Positions 20,451-32,600 of a stretch of 36,847 nt of DNA are shown here, in pieces (the first letter of the stretch is position 1; each line of letters starts with the position of its first letter). A model generated the notes under the pieces. It was not told where the DNA came from. It did not search any database and was given only the letters and a program-made list of their open reading frames with translations. Source of the DNA: Nemertoderma westbladi. Taxonomy: Eukaryota; Animalia; Xenacoelomorpha. The stretch covers positions 1 to 36,847 of the forward strand of contig JAUCBJ010008690.1 in assembly GCA_032718475.1 (NCBI GenBank). Reading direction: 5' to 3'. The position numbers and the translations under genes were made by a program.

Positions 20451-23079
20451 AGGGCGGTGGGTGGGGTAGGTGGTGAACACTATTTATAGGGTGGAGGGAG
20501 GGTCTAGTGTATTACTTTACGATATTTGATTTATTTGCAATATAGTTTAGCTGCCTCAGTCTTATTTGTAATATATTATACATTATACCAAATTATATCA
20601 AGTTTTAACATACTACATTGTCTACCTGTAGGAGAAATATACAATGTAGGGCTCATAATATATTTATAAATAGATTTAGTATATTTACATTGTATAACAG
20701 AGTGAATTGTATTATTCTAAAGATGCCGCTTTGATACATCTGATCAAATGGCAATTTCTGGTATATTATCTATTTCACTATCTTGGGTATATCATTCAAT
20801 TTTTAAAACTATAATAATAAACATTTACTTCACTTCTTGTTTACTCGCATGGATATATTAATATAAAATACGTCAGTATAATATCTTATGGGGCCAAACC
20901 CAGCGTAATCAGAGTAATGTTTAATTATTATTACAATTGGCACATTGAAGTAAGTAGTACATGAGTTTGATAAAATAATTATGAATCCGTATCTTATTCT
21001 ACTTTGTCTACATGGTTATGTTATATAATAATGTTACTTTATCACTTTGGTTTAAACTCATCTCCTTTATAACTACTTACTACCACTACTAACTACTATT
21101 ACTACTACTACTGACTACTGCAGAGTTATATATTATAAGAGGATGGGGTTCGTGATTATTAGTTATTATACAAGTGCCCCTCGGCTATAGAGAGTCCACC
21201 CTCGGTTGCTTACTGGATGCGCCTACACTTACAGATATGCGACAGATATACGGCCAATGCTAACGCAGGGTGGATCAGCAGATTATGACATTGTACTAAG
21301 ACACTCATTTGGCTTGATCTAAACAGAAAAATGGTGGCCGGTAAAAAATCTTTAATTTGGAAGTGAGGAAGAGCATGGGTGAGATCAAACTGATCTGTTT
21401 CAAAATTCATGCGATTTAATTACGATGTATATAATTAAAACTAAATTTGATTAAGATTTGTCTTGTTGCTAGATTTCGCTTGTGGGACATTTTGATAAAT
21501 TTATATGATGTTAGATGTTATGAGTACTAACAGTAGCCCAAGTGGCCCTAAATGCTAGGTAGTATCTGAGGGAATAAGACCCCATGCCCTATTTTATTGT
21601 TTTCATATTTTGATAAAACGCTTTCGTATTTGGAGATAGGTGGTTGGCAGTTTTTACGCAATCAAAATTTAAAGTTTTTAAATATGTAACAAATACAACT
21701 GACTTGTGTTTATTGTTTTGATTAGAATAATGCCACTGTAACCTACTCTGTTAATTCGCTGCGATGACATTTGAATCACCCCAACCCCCTCCCCACCACA
21801 CATCTAGTCTCGCAAATAGTTATAATTTAATTGTAACATAAAGTTTTGTACCCCCAATTGCAGCTATGTTTATCTGAGTTCCAAAACTAATTCCAATGAT
21901 CAAAGAATCTTGTTCGAAAGTTTGAATCTATCGGACCATCAAGGATATACACAACTACAGCACATTGCCTGAAGTATAAATCTAAAGCAAACTTTATGTT
22001 CCAAAGCTAATTAATTATTATTAACGATAAAGATGAAAGTACAGTAGTTATGATAGAAGCTACTATAATGACCTTCACATATGTAACTAATAATTCATAT
22101 TTTATTAATACGAAGCTTCAGCAAACGCAAGAAAATCGTGGCAAAAACACAGATAGGGAGGGTGGAGTGGGACTCTTGATTGATGCAATCAAAATCCATC
22201 CCTCTCCAGGGGAAATGACGGCTAATTACTCCCGAAAATAAAGCTGTAACTATTCTATTGGCTTTCGTTTTCTCGTTGTTTTGGTTAGAATAACGTGTCA
22301 CTGTAACCTGCTCCTTTCCCCTAGTAGATAATTTAACATTGAGACGAAATATTAATTCGCTGAGATGGGATTTCCGTCAATATTTCCCCCTGTTTACAAT
22401 AAAAAGGCCAATAACATCACCCTAAACATACATGCTATGTACTAATAAATAGGTAAGCCTATTATCCTAAATGATAAAAACCATAAGAAAAATTATCAAA
22501 TATAACTTAATTCTTGACTATCAAATAAACATTTTATGTGAAATAATATGTGAACCACCTTGATCAAAGACACAATGGCCACCTGACGAACTTCGTGAGA
22601 GAATTGGGTTTGCGGAATACTAATATATCAAGATACTTGAGGCGATAATAGGGTGTTCGGAACTAATGATCCTTCTCAGGTCCAATCTTGTGTAATCAGG
22701 GGAAAAAAGGGGGGCCTAGAGGGAAAACCTCATAATGTAATTCTAGTCCAATCAACAATGTGTAGATGGGTAGATTAGAGGGAACGTTAAGTGATGCTGG
22801 TTGTTAGAGCACCCACCACTGCTAGTTGTTAGTGCAACCACCCCTAAGGCAACCTCCCATGGTGCACTCATTAGCTCCTAGAGCTCCTGGGCCATGACAA
22901 TTAGTTCTGCATCGCTTTTCGACAACAATATCATCTTATCTTCATGCAGATATGCTCGGATTAAGGTTTCTCAAAAAATAACATAATGCCATTAAGATAT
23001 CAAATTCTTCAAAGTTAGAAAGTAAATGTTGAATGCGAAAAACAAGATTCAAATGCGATTATATTGTTAATTCAATCTT

Positions 23080-25116
23080 GTGAGGAGAGTCACGAAGAAT
23101 GACATGTTGAGGCGCGTCACAAAGTACGACATGTGAGGCGAGTCACGAAGTAGTAGAGTGAGGCGAATCAGGAAGTATGAGAGTGAGGAGAGTCACGAAA
23201 TAGTAGAGTGAGGCGAATCAAGAAGTATGAGAGTGAGGCGAGTCACGAAGTATGACAGTGGGGCGAGTCACGAAGTATGAGGAGGCGAATCACGAAGTAT
23301 GAGAGTGAGGCGAGTCACGAAGTATGACAGTGGGGTGAGTCACGAAGTAGTAGAGTGAGGCGAATCACGAAGTATGAGAGTGAGGCGAGACATGAAGTAT
23401 GACAGTGGGGTGAGTCACGAAGTATGAGGAGGCGAGTCACGAAGTAGTAGAGTGAGGCGAATCACGAAGTATGAGAGTGAGGCGAGTCACGAAGTATGAC
23501 AGTGGGGTGAGTTACGAAGTATGAGGAGGCGAATCACAAAGTATGAGAATGAGGCAAGTCACGAAGTATGAGAATGAGGCCAGTCACGAAGTATGAGGAG
23601 GCGAGTCACGAAGTATGAGGAGGCGAGTCACGAAGTATGACAGTGGGGTGAGTCACGAAGTATGAGGAGGTGAATCACGAAGTATGAGAGTGAGGCGAAT
23701 CACGAAGTATGAGAGTGAGGCGAATCACGAAGTATGAGAGTGAGGCGAGTCACGAAGTATGACAGTGGGGTGAGTCACGAAGTATGAGGAGGCGAATCAC
23801 GAAGTATGAGGAGGCGAGTCACGAAGTATGAGAGTGAGGCGAGTCACGAAGTATGAGGAGGCGAGTCACGAAGTAGTAGAGTGAGGCGAATCACGAAGTA
23901 TGAGAGTGCGGCGAGTCATGAAGTAGTAGAGTGAGGCGAATCACGAAGTATGAGAGTGAGGCCAGTCACGAAGTATGACAGTCGGGTGAGTCACGAAGTA
24001 GTAGAGTGAGGCGAATCACGAAGTATGAGAGTGAGGCGAGACATGAAGTATGACAATGGGGTGAGTCACGAAGTATGAGAGTGAGGCGAGTCACGAAGTA
24101 TGAGAGTGAGGCGAGTCACGAAGTATGACAGTGGGGTGAGTCACGAAGTATGAGGAGGCGAATCACGAAGTATGAGAGTGAGGCGAGTCACGAAGTATGA
24201 CAGTGGGGTGAGTCACGAAGTATGAGAGTGAGGCGAGTCACGAAGTAGTAGAGTGAGGCGAATCACGAAGTATGAGAGTGCGGCGAGTCACGAAGTAGTA
24301 GAGTGAGGCGAATCACGAAGTATGAGAGTGAGGCCAGTCACGAAGTATGACAGTCGGGTGAGTCACGAAGTAGTAGAGTGAGGCGAATCACGAAGTATGA
24401 GAGTGAGGCGAGACATGAAGTATGACGATGGGGTGAGTCACGAAGTATGAGGAGGCGAATCACGAAGTATGAGGAGGCGAGTCACGAAGTATGAGAGTGA
24501 GGCGAGTCACGAAGTATGAGGAGGCGTGTCACGAAGTAGTAGAGTGAGGCGAATCACGAAGTATGAGAGTGCGGCGAGTCACGAAGTAGTAGAGTGAGGC
24601 GAATCACGAAGTATGAGAGTGAGGCCAGTCACGAAGTATGACAGTCGGGTGAGTCACGAAGTAGTAGAGTGAGGCGAATCACGAAGTATGAGAGTGAGGC
24701 GAGACATAAAGTATGACAATGGGGTGAGTCACGAAGTATGAGAGTGAGGCGAGTCACGAAGTATGAGAGTGAGGCGAGTCACGAAGTATGACAGTGGGGT
24801 GAGTCACGAAGTATGAGGAGGCGAATCACGAAGTATGAGAGTGAGGCGAGTCACGAAGTATGACAGTGGGGTGAGTCACGAAGTATGAGAGTGAGGCGAG
24901 TCACGAAGTATGAGAGTGAGGCGAGACATGAAGTATGACAGTGGGGTGAGTCACGAAGTATGAGAGTGAGGCGAGTCACGAAGTATGAGAGTGAGGCGAG
25001 TCACGAAGTATGAGAGTGAGGCGAGTCACGAAGTATGAGGAGGCGAGTCATGAAGTAGTAGAGTGAGGCGAATCACGAAGTATGAGAGTGAGGCGAGTCA
25101 TGAAGTATGAGGAGGC
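23080..25116 (+). repeat. 25-bp satellite array, left segment
   Basis: Unit GAGTCACGAAGTATGAGAGTGAGGC with 22-bp (GAGTCACGAAGTATGAGGAGGC) and substitution variants; the first units are degenerate. Confidence 0.95.
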
Positions 25117-26424
25117 CCCATATCTCTCTTACCCATTATCAGTAAAATTCTAGAACAAATTCTTAACGACCAATTGCAAACATACCTTATAAAATACAAC
25201 ATTATTTCCATATCTCAATATGGTTTCCGCAATAAGACTTCTACTTCGCACGCCTTACTCTCCATCACTGAAAAAATATATGCCATGCTTGATTCCCACC
25301 AATCAATTTGTGCCGTATATATTGATCTTAAAAAAGCCTTTGACACCGTGGACCACAAGATTCTTATACGGAAGCTTGAAGCCTACGGTGTCAGGGGCCC
25401 CCCATTACATCTCTTCTCTGACTTTCTTGCTAATCGTAACCAATTTGTTTCGATTGACAGCATCCACTCAACCCTTCAACCCATAAATTGCGGCGTCCCA
25501 CAAGGCTCTGTTTTGTCCCCCACTTTATTTATAATTTTTATTAATGACCTTCCAAACGTGACTAACTTACTGACCACACTATTTGCCGACGACACGACGT
25601 TACTCAACTCGCACACCAATATTCAGACCCTTCTCAATGACACAAACAATGAACTCACCAAACTAAACAGTTGGCTAATGGAAAATAAACTAATACTCAA
25701 TTTAAAAAAAACCGAATATACTCTATTTACAAACCGTATTTTAAATAATGACAATCGTTTACCCACAATCGAAATTAATAACTCCTCTATACAAATTACC
25801 GACAACACAAAATTACTAGGCATCTGGCTTGATTCAAAACTCAGGTGGAAAACACACATAAATTATATCCTTAAAAAAATCTCTCAATCTTCTGGAATAT
25901 TTTACAAGCTACGCCATATTTTTCCCTTACACATTCTCAGGACACTCTACTTCTCCCTAATTCACCCATACATCAACTACGGCATTATTCTATGGGGCAG
26001 CTCCGATAAATCGATACTCAAACCTTTACGCATTAAAATTAATAAACTGATACGGTGCATTACATTCTCCCACTATCAATCGTCCGCGTTACCACTTTAC
26101 AAAGAACTAAAAATTTTACCTCTTAACAAACTATACGATCTCACTGTCGCCAACTTTATGTACGATATTCATTCTCACACAATCTCAACCTCCTCCACGC
26201 TAGGCAAACTTTTCAGCAAACGTTCCATTTCACACAACTACAATACTCGTTCTTCTGCCCGAGGTGATTATACAACCCCGCTTTTCAGGCTTACCTCCTC
26301 CCAACGTTCCGTGAGTTTTCGAGGTCCTGCCATCTGGAACTCTGTGCCACTTGACATTAGGATAAAAAAATCAAAACCATCGTTTTCTGCCTTCTATAAA
26401 AAATTCTTATTCTCGACTTGTTAA
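25117..26424 (+). CDS. Reverse transcriptase, C-terminal part (5'-truncated, uninterrupted frame)
   Basis: SQYGFR, DLKKAFDTVDH, GVPQGSVLSP, FADDT, YGIILWG and HNYNTR...RGPAIWNSVP. Confidence 0.88.
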   Translation, partial: PISLLPIISKILEQILNDQLQTYLIKYNIISISQYGFRNKTSTSHALLSITEKIYAMLDSHQSICAVYIDLKKAFDTVDHKILIRKLEAYGVRGPPLHLFSDFLANRNQFVSIDSIHSTLQPINCGVPQGSVLSPTLFIIFINDLPNVTNLLTTLFADDTTLLNSHTNIQTLLNDTNNELTKLNSWLMENKLILNLKKTEYTLFTNRILNNDNRLPTIEINNSSIQITDNTKLLGIWLDSKLRWKTHINYILKKISQSSGIFYKLRHIFPLHILRTLYFSLIHPYINYGIILWGSSDKSILKPLRIKINKLIRCITFSHYQSSALPLYKELKILPLNKLYDLTVANFMYDIHSHTISTSSTLGKLFSKRSISHNYNTRSSARGDYTTPLFRLTSSQRSVSFRGPAIWNSVPLDIRIKKSKPSFSAFYKKFLFSTC

Positions 26425-26686
26425 TTCTTTGACCCCAATAAAACCGCCAAAAGGAATATTGATTGACTTTTCACTCAGTGCCAATCTATATAAAAAAAAT
26501 ACACCAGCAAACGCACCCCCCCCCCCCCCCCCCCTCTCCTACTGCCAATGGAACCATCGCCCTCACGGCACTAGCTTTCTGCTATTAGTTTGGGCGATGC
26601 TTCACAATATTTAAAATACAATATGTTTTTTTCTGTGCAATATTAACAGTGGCACAAGGAATGAATAAACTTGAAACTTGAAACTT
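25117..26686 (+). mobile_element. 5'-truncated L2/Crack-like (CR1 group) LINE inserted in the satellite
   Basis: Starts at PISLLP within the RT. AATAAA followed by an (AAACTTG)3 tail. TSD GGAGGC at 25111-25116 and 26687-26692. Confidence 0.9.
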
Positions 26687-29600
26687 GGAGGCGAATCACG
26701 AAGTATGAGAGTGAGGCGAGTCACGAAGTATGACAGTGGGGTGAGTCACGAAGTATGAGAGTGAGGCGAGTCACGAAGTATGAGAGTGAGGCGAGACATG
26801 AAGTATGACAGTGGGGTGAGTCACGAAGTATGAGAGTGAGGCGAGTCACGAAGTATGAGAGTGAGGCGAGTCACGAAGTATGAGAGTGAGGCGAGTCACG
26901 AAGTATGAGGAGGCGAGTCACGAGGTAGTAGAGTGAGGCGAATCACGAAGTATGACAGTGAGGCGAGTCATGAAGTATGAGGAGGCGAATCACGAAGTAT
27001 GAGAGTGAGGCGAGTTACGAAGTATGAGAGTGAGGCGAGTCACGAAGTATGAGAGTGAGGCGAGTCACGAAGTAGTAGAGTGAGGCGAATCACGAAGTAT
27101 GAGAGTGAGGCGAGTCACGAAGTATGAGGAGGCGAATCACGAAGTATGAGAGTGAGGCGAGTCACGAAGTATGAGAGTGAGGCGAGTCACGAAGTAGTAG
27201 AGTGAGGCGAGTCACGAAGTATGAGAGTGAGGCGAGTCACGAAGTATGAGAGTGAGGCGAGTCACGAAGTATGACAGTGAGGCGAGTCACGAAGTATGAG
27301 GAGGCGAATCACGAAGTATGAGAGTGAGGCGAGTCACGAAGTATGAGAGTGAGGCGAGTCACGAAGTAGTAGAGTGAGGCGAGTCACGAAGTATGAGAGT
27401 GAGGCGAGACATGAAGTATGACAGTGAGGCGAGTCACGAAGTGGTAGAGTGAGGCGAGTCACGAAGTATGAGAGTGAGGCGAGTCACGAAGTATGAGAGT
27501 GAGGCGAGTCACGAAGTATGAGAGTGAGGCGAGTCACGAAGTAGTAGAGTGAGGCGAGTCACGAAGTATGAGAGTGAGGCGAGACATGAAGTATGAGAGT
27601 GAGGCGAGTCACGAAGTAGTAGAGTGAGGCGAGTCACGAAGTATGAGAGTGAGGCGAGACATGAAGTATGACAGTGAGGCGAGTCACGAAGTATGAGAGT
27701 GAGGCGAGTCACGAAGTATGAGAGTGAGGCGAGTCACGAAGTATGAGAGTGAGGCGAGTCACGAAGTATGACAGTGGGGTGAGTCACGAAGTATGACAGT
27801 GAGGCGAGTCACGAAGTATGAGGAGGCGAATCACGAAGTATGAGAGTGAGGCGACTCACGAAGTATGAGAGTGAGGCGAGTCACGAAGTATGATAGTGAG
27901 GCGAGTCACGAAGTATGACAGTGAGGCGAGTCACGAAGTAGTAGAGTGAGGCGAGTCACGAAGTATGAGAGTGAGGCGAGACATGAAGTATGACAGTGAG
28001 GCGAGTCACGAAGTATGACAGTGGGGTGAGTCACGAAGTATGAGAGTGAGGCGAGACATGAAGTATGACAGTGAGGCGAGTCACGAAGTAGTAGAGTGAG
28101 GCGAGTCACGAAGTATGAGAGTGAGGCGAGTCACGAAGTATGAGAGTGAGGCGAGTCACGAAGTATGACAGTGAGGCGAGTCACGAAGTATGAGAGTGAG
28201 GCCAGTCACGAAGTATGAGGAGGCGAATCACGAAGTATGAGAGTGAGGCGAGTCACGAAGTATGACAGTGGGGTGAGTCACGAAGTATGAGAGTGGGGTG
28301 AGTCACGAAGTATGAGAGTGAGGCGAGACATGAAGTATGACAGTGAGGCGAGTCACGAAGTAGTAGAGTGAGGCGAGTGACGAAGTATGAGAGTGAGGCG
28401 AGTCACGAAGTATGAGAGTGAGGCGAGTCACGAAGTATGACAGTGAGGCGAGTCACGAAGTATGAGAGTGGGGTGAGTCACGAAGTATGAGAGTGAGGCG
28501 TGTCACGAAGTATGAGAGTGAGGCGAGTCACGAAGTATGAGAGTGAGGCGAGTCACGAAGTAGTAGAGTGAGGCGAATCACGAAGTATGAGAGTGGGGTG
28601 AGTCATGAAGTATGAGAGTGAGGCGAGACATGAAGTATGACAGTGAGGCGAGTCACGAAGTAGTAGAGTGAGGCGAGTCACGAAGTATGAGAGTGAGGCG
28701 AGTCACGAAGTATGACAGTGAGGCGAGTCACGAAGTATGAGAGTGAGGCCAGTCACGAAGTATGAGAGTGAGGCGAGTCACAGAGTATGAGAGTGAGGCG
28801 AGTCACAAAGTATGAGAGTGAGGCGAGTCACGAAGTATGAGAGTGAGGCGAGTCACGAAGTATGAGAGTGAGGCGAGACATGAAGTATGACAGTGGGGTG
28901 AGTCACGAAGTATGAGAGTGAGGCGAGTCACGAAGTATGACAGTGAGGCGAATCACAAAGTATGAGAGTGGGGTGAGTCACGAAGTATGAGAGTGAGGCG
29001 AGACATGAAGTATGACAGTGAGGCGAGTCACGAAGTAGTAGAGTGAGGCGAGTCACGAAGTATGAGAGTGAGGCGAGTCACGAAGTATGAGAGTGAGGCG
29101 AGTCACAAAGTATGACAGTGAGGCGAGTCACGAAGTATGAGAGTGAGGCCAGTCACGAAGTATGAGAGTGAGGCGAGTCACGAAGTATGAGAGTGAGGCG
29201 AGACATGAAGTATGACAGTGGGGTGAGTCACGAAGTATGAGAGTGAGGCGAGTCACGAAGTATGACAGTGAGGCGAATCACGAAGTATGAGAGTGGGGTG
29301 AGTCACGAAGTATGAGAGTGAGGCGAGACATGAAGTATGACAGTGAGGCGAGTCACGAAGTAGTAGAGTGAGGCGAGTCACGAAGTATGAGAGTGAGGCG
29401 AGTCACGAAGTATGAGAGTGAGGCGAGTCACGAAGTATGAGAGTGAGGCGAGTCACGAAGTAGTAGAGTGAGGCGAATCACGAAGTATGAGAGTGGGGTG
29501 AGTCATGAAGTATGAGAGTGAGGCGAGACATGAAGTATGACAGTGAGGCGAGTCACGAAGTAGTAGAGTGAGGCGAGTCACGAAGTATGAGAGTGAGGCG

Positions 29601-32600
29601 AGTCACGAAGTATGACAGTGAGGCGAGTCACGAAGTATGAGAGTGAGGCCAGTCACGAAGTATGAGAGTGAGGCGAGTCACGGAGTATGAGAGTGAGGCG
29701 AGTCACAAAGTATGAGAGTGAGGCGAGTCACGAAGTATGAGAGTGAGGCGAGTCACGAAGTATGAGAGTGAGGCGAGACATGAAGTATGACAGTGGGGTG
29801 AGTCACGAAGTATGAGAGTGAGGCGAGTCACGAAGTATGACAGTGAGGCGAATCACAAAGTATGAGAGTGGGGTGAGTCACGAAGTATGAGAGGGAGGCG
29901 AGACATGAAGTATGACAGTGAGGCGAGTCACGAAGTAGTAGAGTGAGGCGAGTCACGAAGTATGAGAGTGAGGCGAGTCACGAAGTATGAGAGTGAGGCG
30001 AGTCACAAAGTATGACAGTGAGGCGAGTCACGAAGTATGAGAGTGAGGCCAGTCACGAAGTATGAGAGTGAGGCGAGTCACGAAGTATGAGAGTGAGGCG
30101 AGACATGAAGTATGACAGTGGGGTGAGTCACGAAGTATGAGAGTGAGGCGAGTCACAAAGTATGACAGTGAGGCGAATCACGAAGTATGAGAGTGGGGTG
30201 AGTCACGAAGTATGAGAGTGAGGCGAGACATGAAGTATGACAGTGAGGCGAGTCACGAAGTAGTAGAGTGAGGCGAGTCACGAAGTATGAGAGTGAGGCG
30301 AGTCACGAAGTATGAGAGTGAGGCGAGTCACGAAGTATGAGAGTGAGGCGAGTCACGAAGTATGAGAGTGAGGCGAGTCACGAAGTATGAGAGTGAGGCG
30401 AGTCACGAAGTATGAGAGTGAGGCGTGTCACGAAGTATGAGAGTGAGGCGAGTCACGAAGTATGAGAGTGAGGCGAGTCACGAAGTATGAGAGTGAGGCG
30501 AGTCACGAAGTATGACAGTGAGGCGAGTCACGAAGTATGAGAGTGAGGCCAGTCACGAAGTATGAGAGTGAGGCGAGTCACGAAGTATGAGAGTGAGGCG
30601 AGTCACGAAGTATGAGAGTGAGGCGAGACATGAAGTATGACAGTGGGGTGAGTCACGAAGTATGAGAGTGAGGCGAGTCACGAAGTATGAGAGTGAGGCG
30701 AGACATGAAGTATGACAGTGGGGTGAGTCACGAAGTATGAGGAGGCGAGTCACGAAGTAGTAGAGTGAGGCGAATCACGAAGTATGAGAGTGAGGCGAGT
30801 CACGAAGTATGACAGTGGGGTGAGTCACGAAGTATGAGGAGGCGAATCACGAAGTATGAGAATGAGGCAAGTCACGAAGTATGAGAATGAGGCCAGTCAC
30901 GAAGTATGAGGAGGCGAGTCACGAAGTATGAGGAGGCGAGTCACGAAGTATGACAGTGGGGTGAGTCACGAAGTATGAGGAGGCGAATCACGAAGTATGA
31001 GAGTGAGGCGAATCACGAAGTATGAGAGTGAGGCGAATCACGAAGTATGAGAGTGAGGCGAGTCACGTAGTATGACAGTGGGGTGAGTCACGAAGTATGA
31101 GGAGGCGAATCACGAAGTATGAGGAGGCGAGTCACGAAGTATGAGAGTGAGGCGAGTCACGAAGTATGAGGAGGCGAGTCACGAAGTAGTAGAGTGAGGC
31201 GAATCACGAAGTATGAGAGTGCGGCGAGTCACGAAGTAGTAGAGTGAGGCGAATCACGAAGTATGAGAGTGAGGCCAGTCACGAAGTATGACAGTCGGGT
31301 GAGTCACGAAGTAGTAGAGTGAGGCGAATCACGAAGTATGAGAGTGAGGCGAGACATGAAGTATGACAATGGGGTGAGTCACGAAGTATGAGAGTGAGGC
31401 GAGTCACGAAGTATGAGAGTGAGGCGAGTCACGAAGTATGACAGTGGGGTGAGTCACGAAGTATGAGGAGGCGAATCACGAAGTATGAGAGTGAGGCGAG
31501 TCACGAAGTATGACAGTGGGGTGAGTCACGAAGTATGAGAGTGAGGCGAGTCACGAAGTAGTAGAGTGAGGCGAATCACGAAGTATGAGAGTGCGGCGAG
31601 TCACGAAGTAGTAGAGTGAGGCGAATCACGAAGTATGAGAGTGAGGCCAGTCACGAAGTATGACAGTCGGGTGAGTCACGAAGTAGTAGAGTGAGGCGAA
31701 TCACGAAGTATGAGAGTGAGGCGAGACATGAAGTATGACAATGGGGTGAGTCACGAAGTATGAGGAGGCGAATCACGAAGTATGAGGAGGCGAGTCACGA
31801 AGTATGAGAGTGAGGCGAGTCACGAAGTATGAGGAGGCGTGTCACGAAGTAGTAGAGTGAGGCGAATCACGAAGTATGAGAGTGCGGCGAGTCACGAAGT
31901 AGTAGAGTGAGGCGAATCACGAAGTATGAGAGTGAGGCCAGTCACGAAGTATGACAGTCGGGTGAGTCACGAAGTAGTAGAGTGAGGCGAATCACGAAGT
32001 ATGAGAGTGAGGCGAGACATGAAGTATGACAATGGGGTGAGTCAAGAAGTATGAGAGTGAGGCGAGTCACGAAGTATGAGAGTGAGGCGAGTCACGAAGT
32101 ATGACAGTGGGGTGAGTCACGAAGTATGAGGAGGCGAATCATGAAGTATGAGAGTGAGGCGAGTCACGAAGTATGACAGTGGGGTGAGTCACGAAGTATG
32201 AGAGTGAGGCGAGTCACGAAGTATGAGAGTGAGGCGAGACATGAAGTATGACAGTGGGGTGAGTCACGAAGTATGAGAGTGAGGCGAGTCACGAAGTATG
32301 AGAGTGAGGCGAGACATGAAGTATGACAGTGGGGTGAGTCACGAAGTATGAGAGTGAGGCGAGTCACGAAGTATGAGAGTGAGGCGAGTCACGAAGTATG
32401 AGAGTGAGGCGAGTCACGAAGTATGAGGAGGCGAGTCATGAAGTAGTAGAGTGAGGCGAATCACGAAGTATGAGAGTGAGGCGAGTCATGAAGTATGAGG
32501 AGGCGAATCACGAAGTATGAGAGTGAGGCGAGTCACGAAGTATGACAGTGGGGTGAGTCACGAAGTATGAGAGTGAGGCGAGTCACGAAGTATGAGAGTG

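Noticed and set aside
21124-21410. Candidate nicalin exon 3 after ctgcag
   Set aside because: Stops in the plus frames I read and no similarity to the expected next nicalin segment (G.K.WL...VLCLD).
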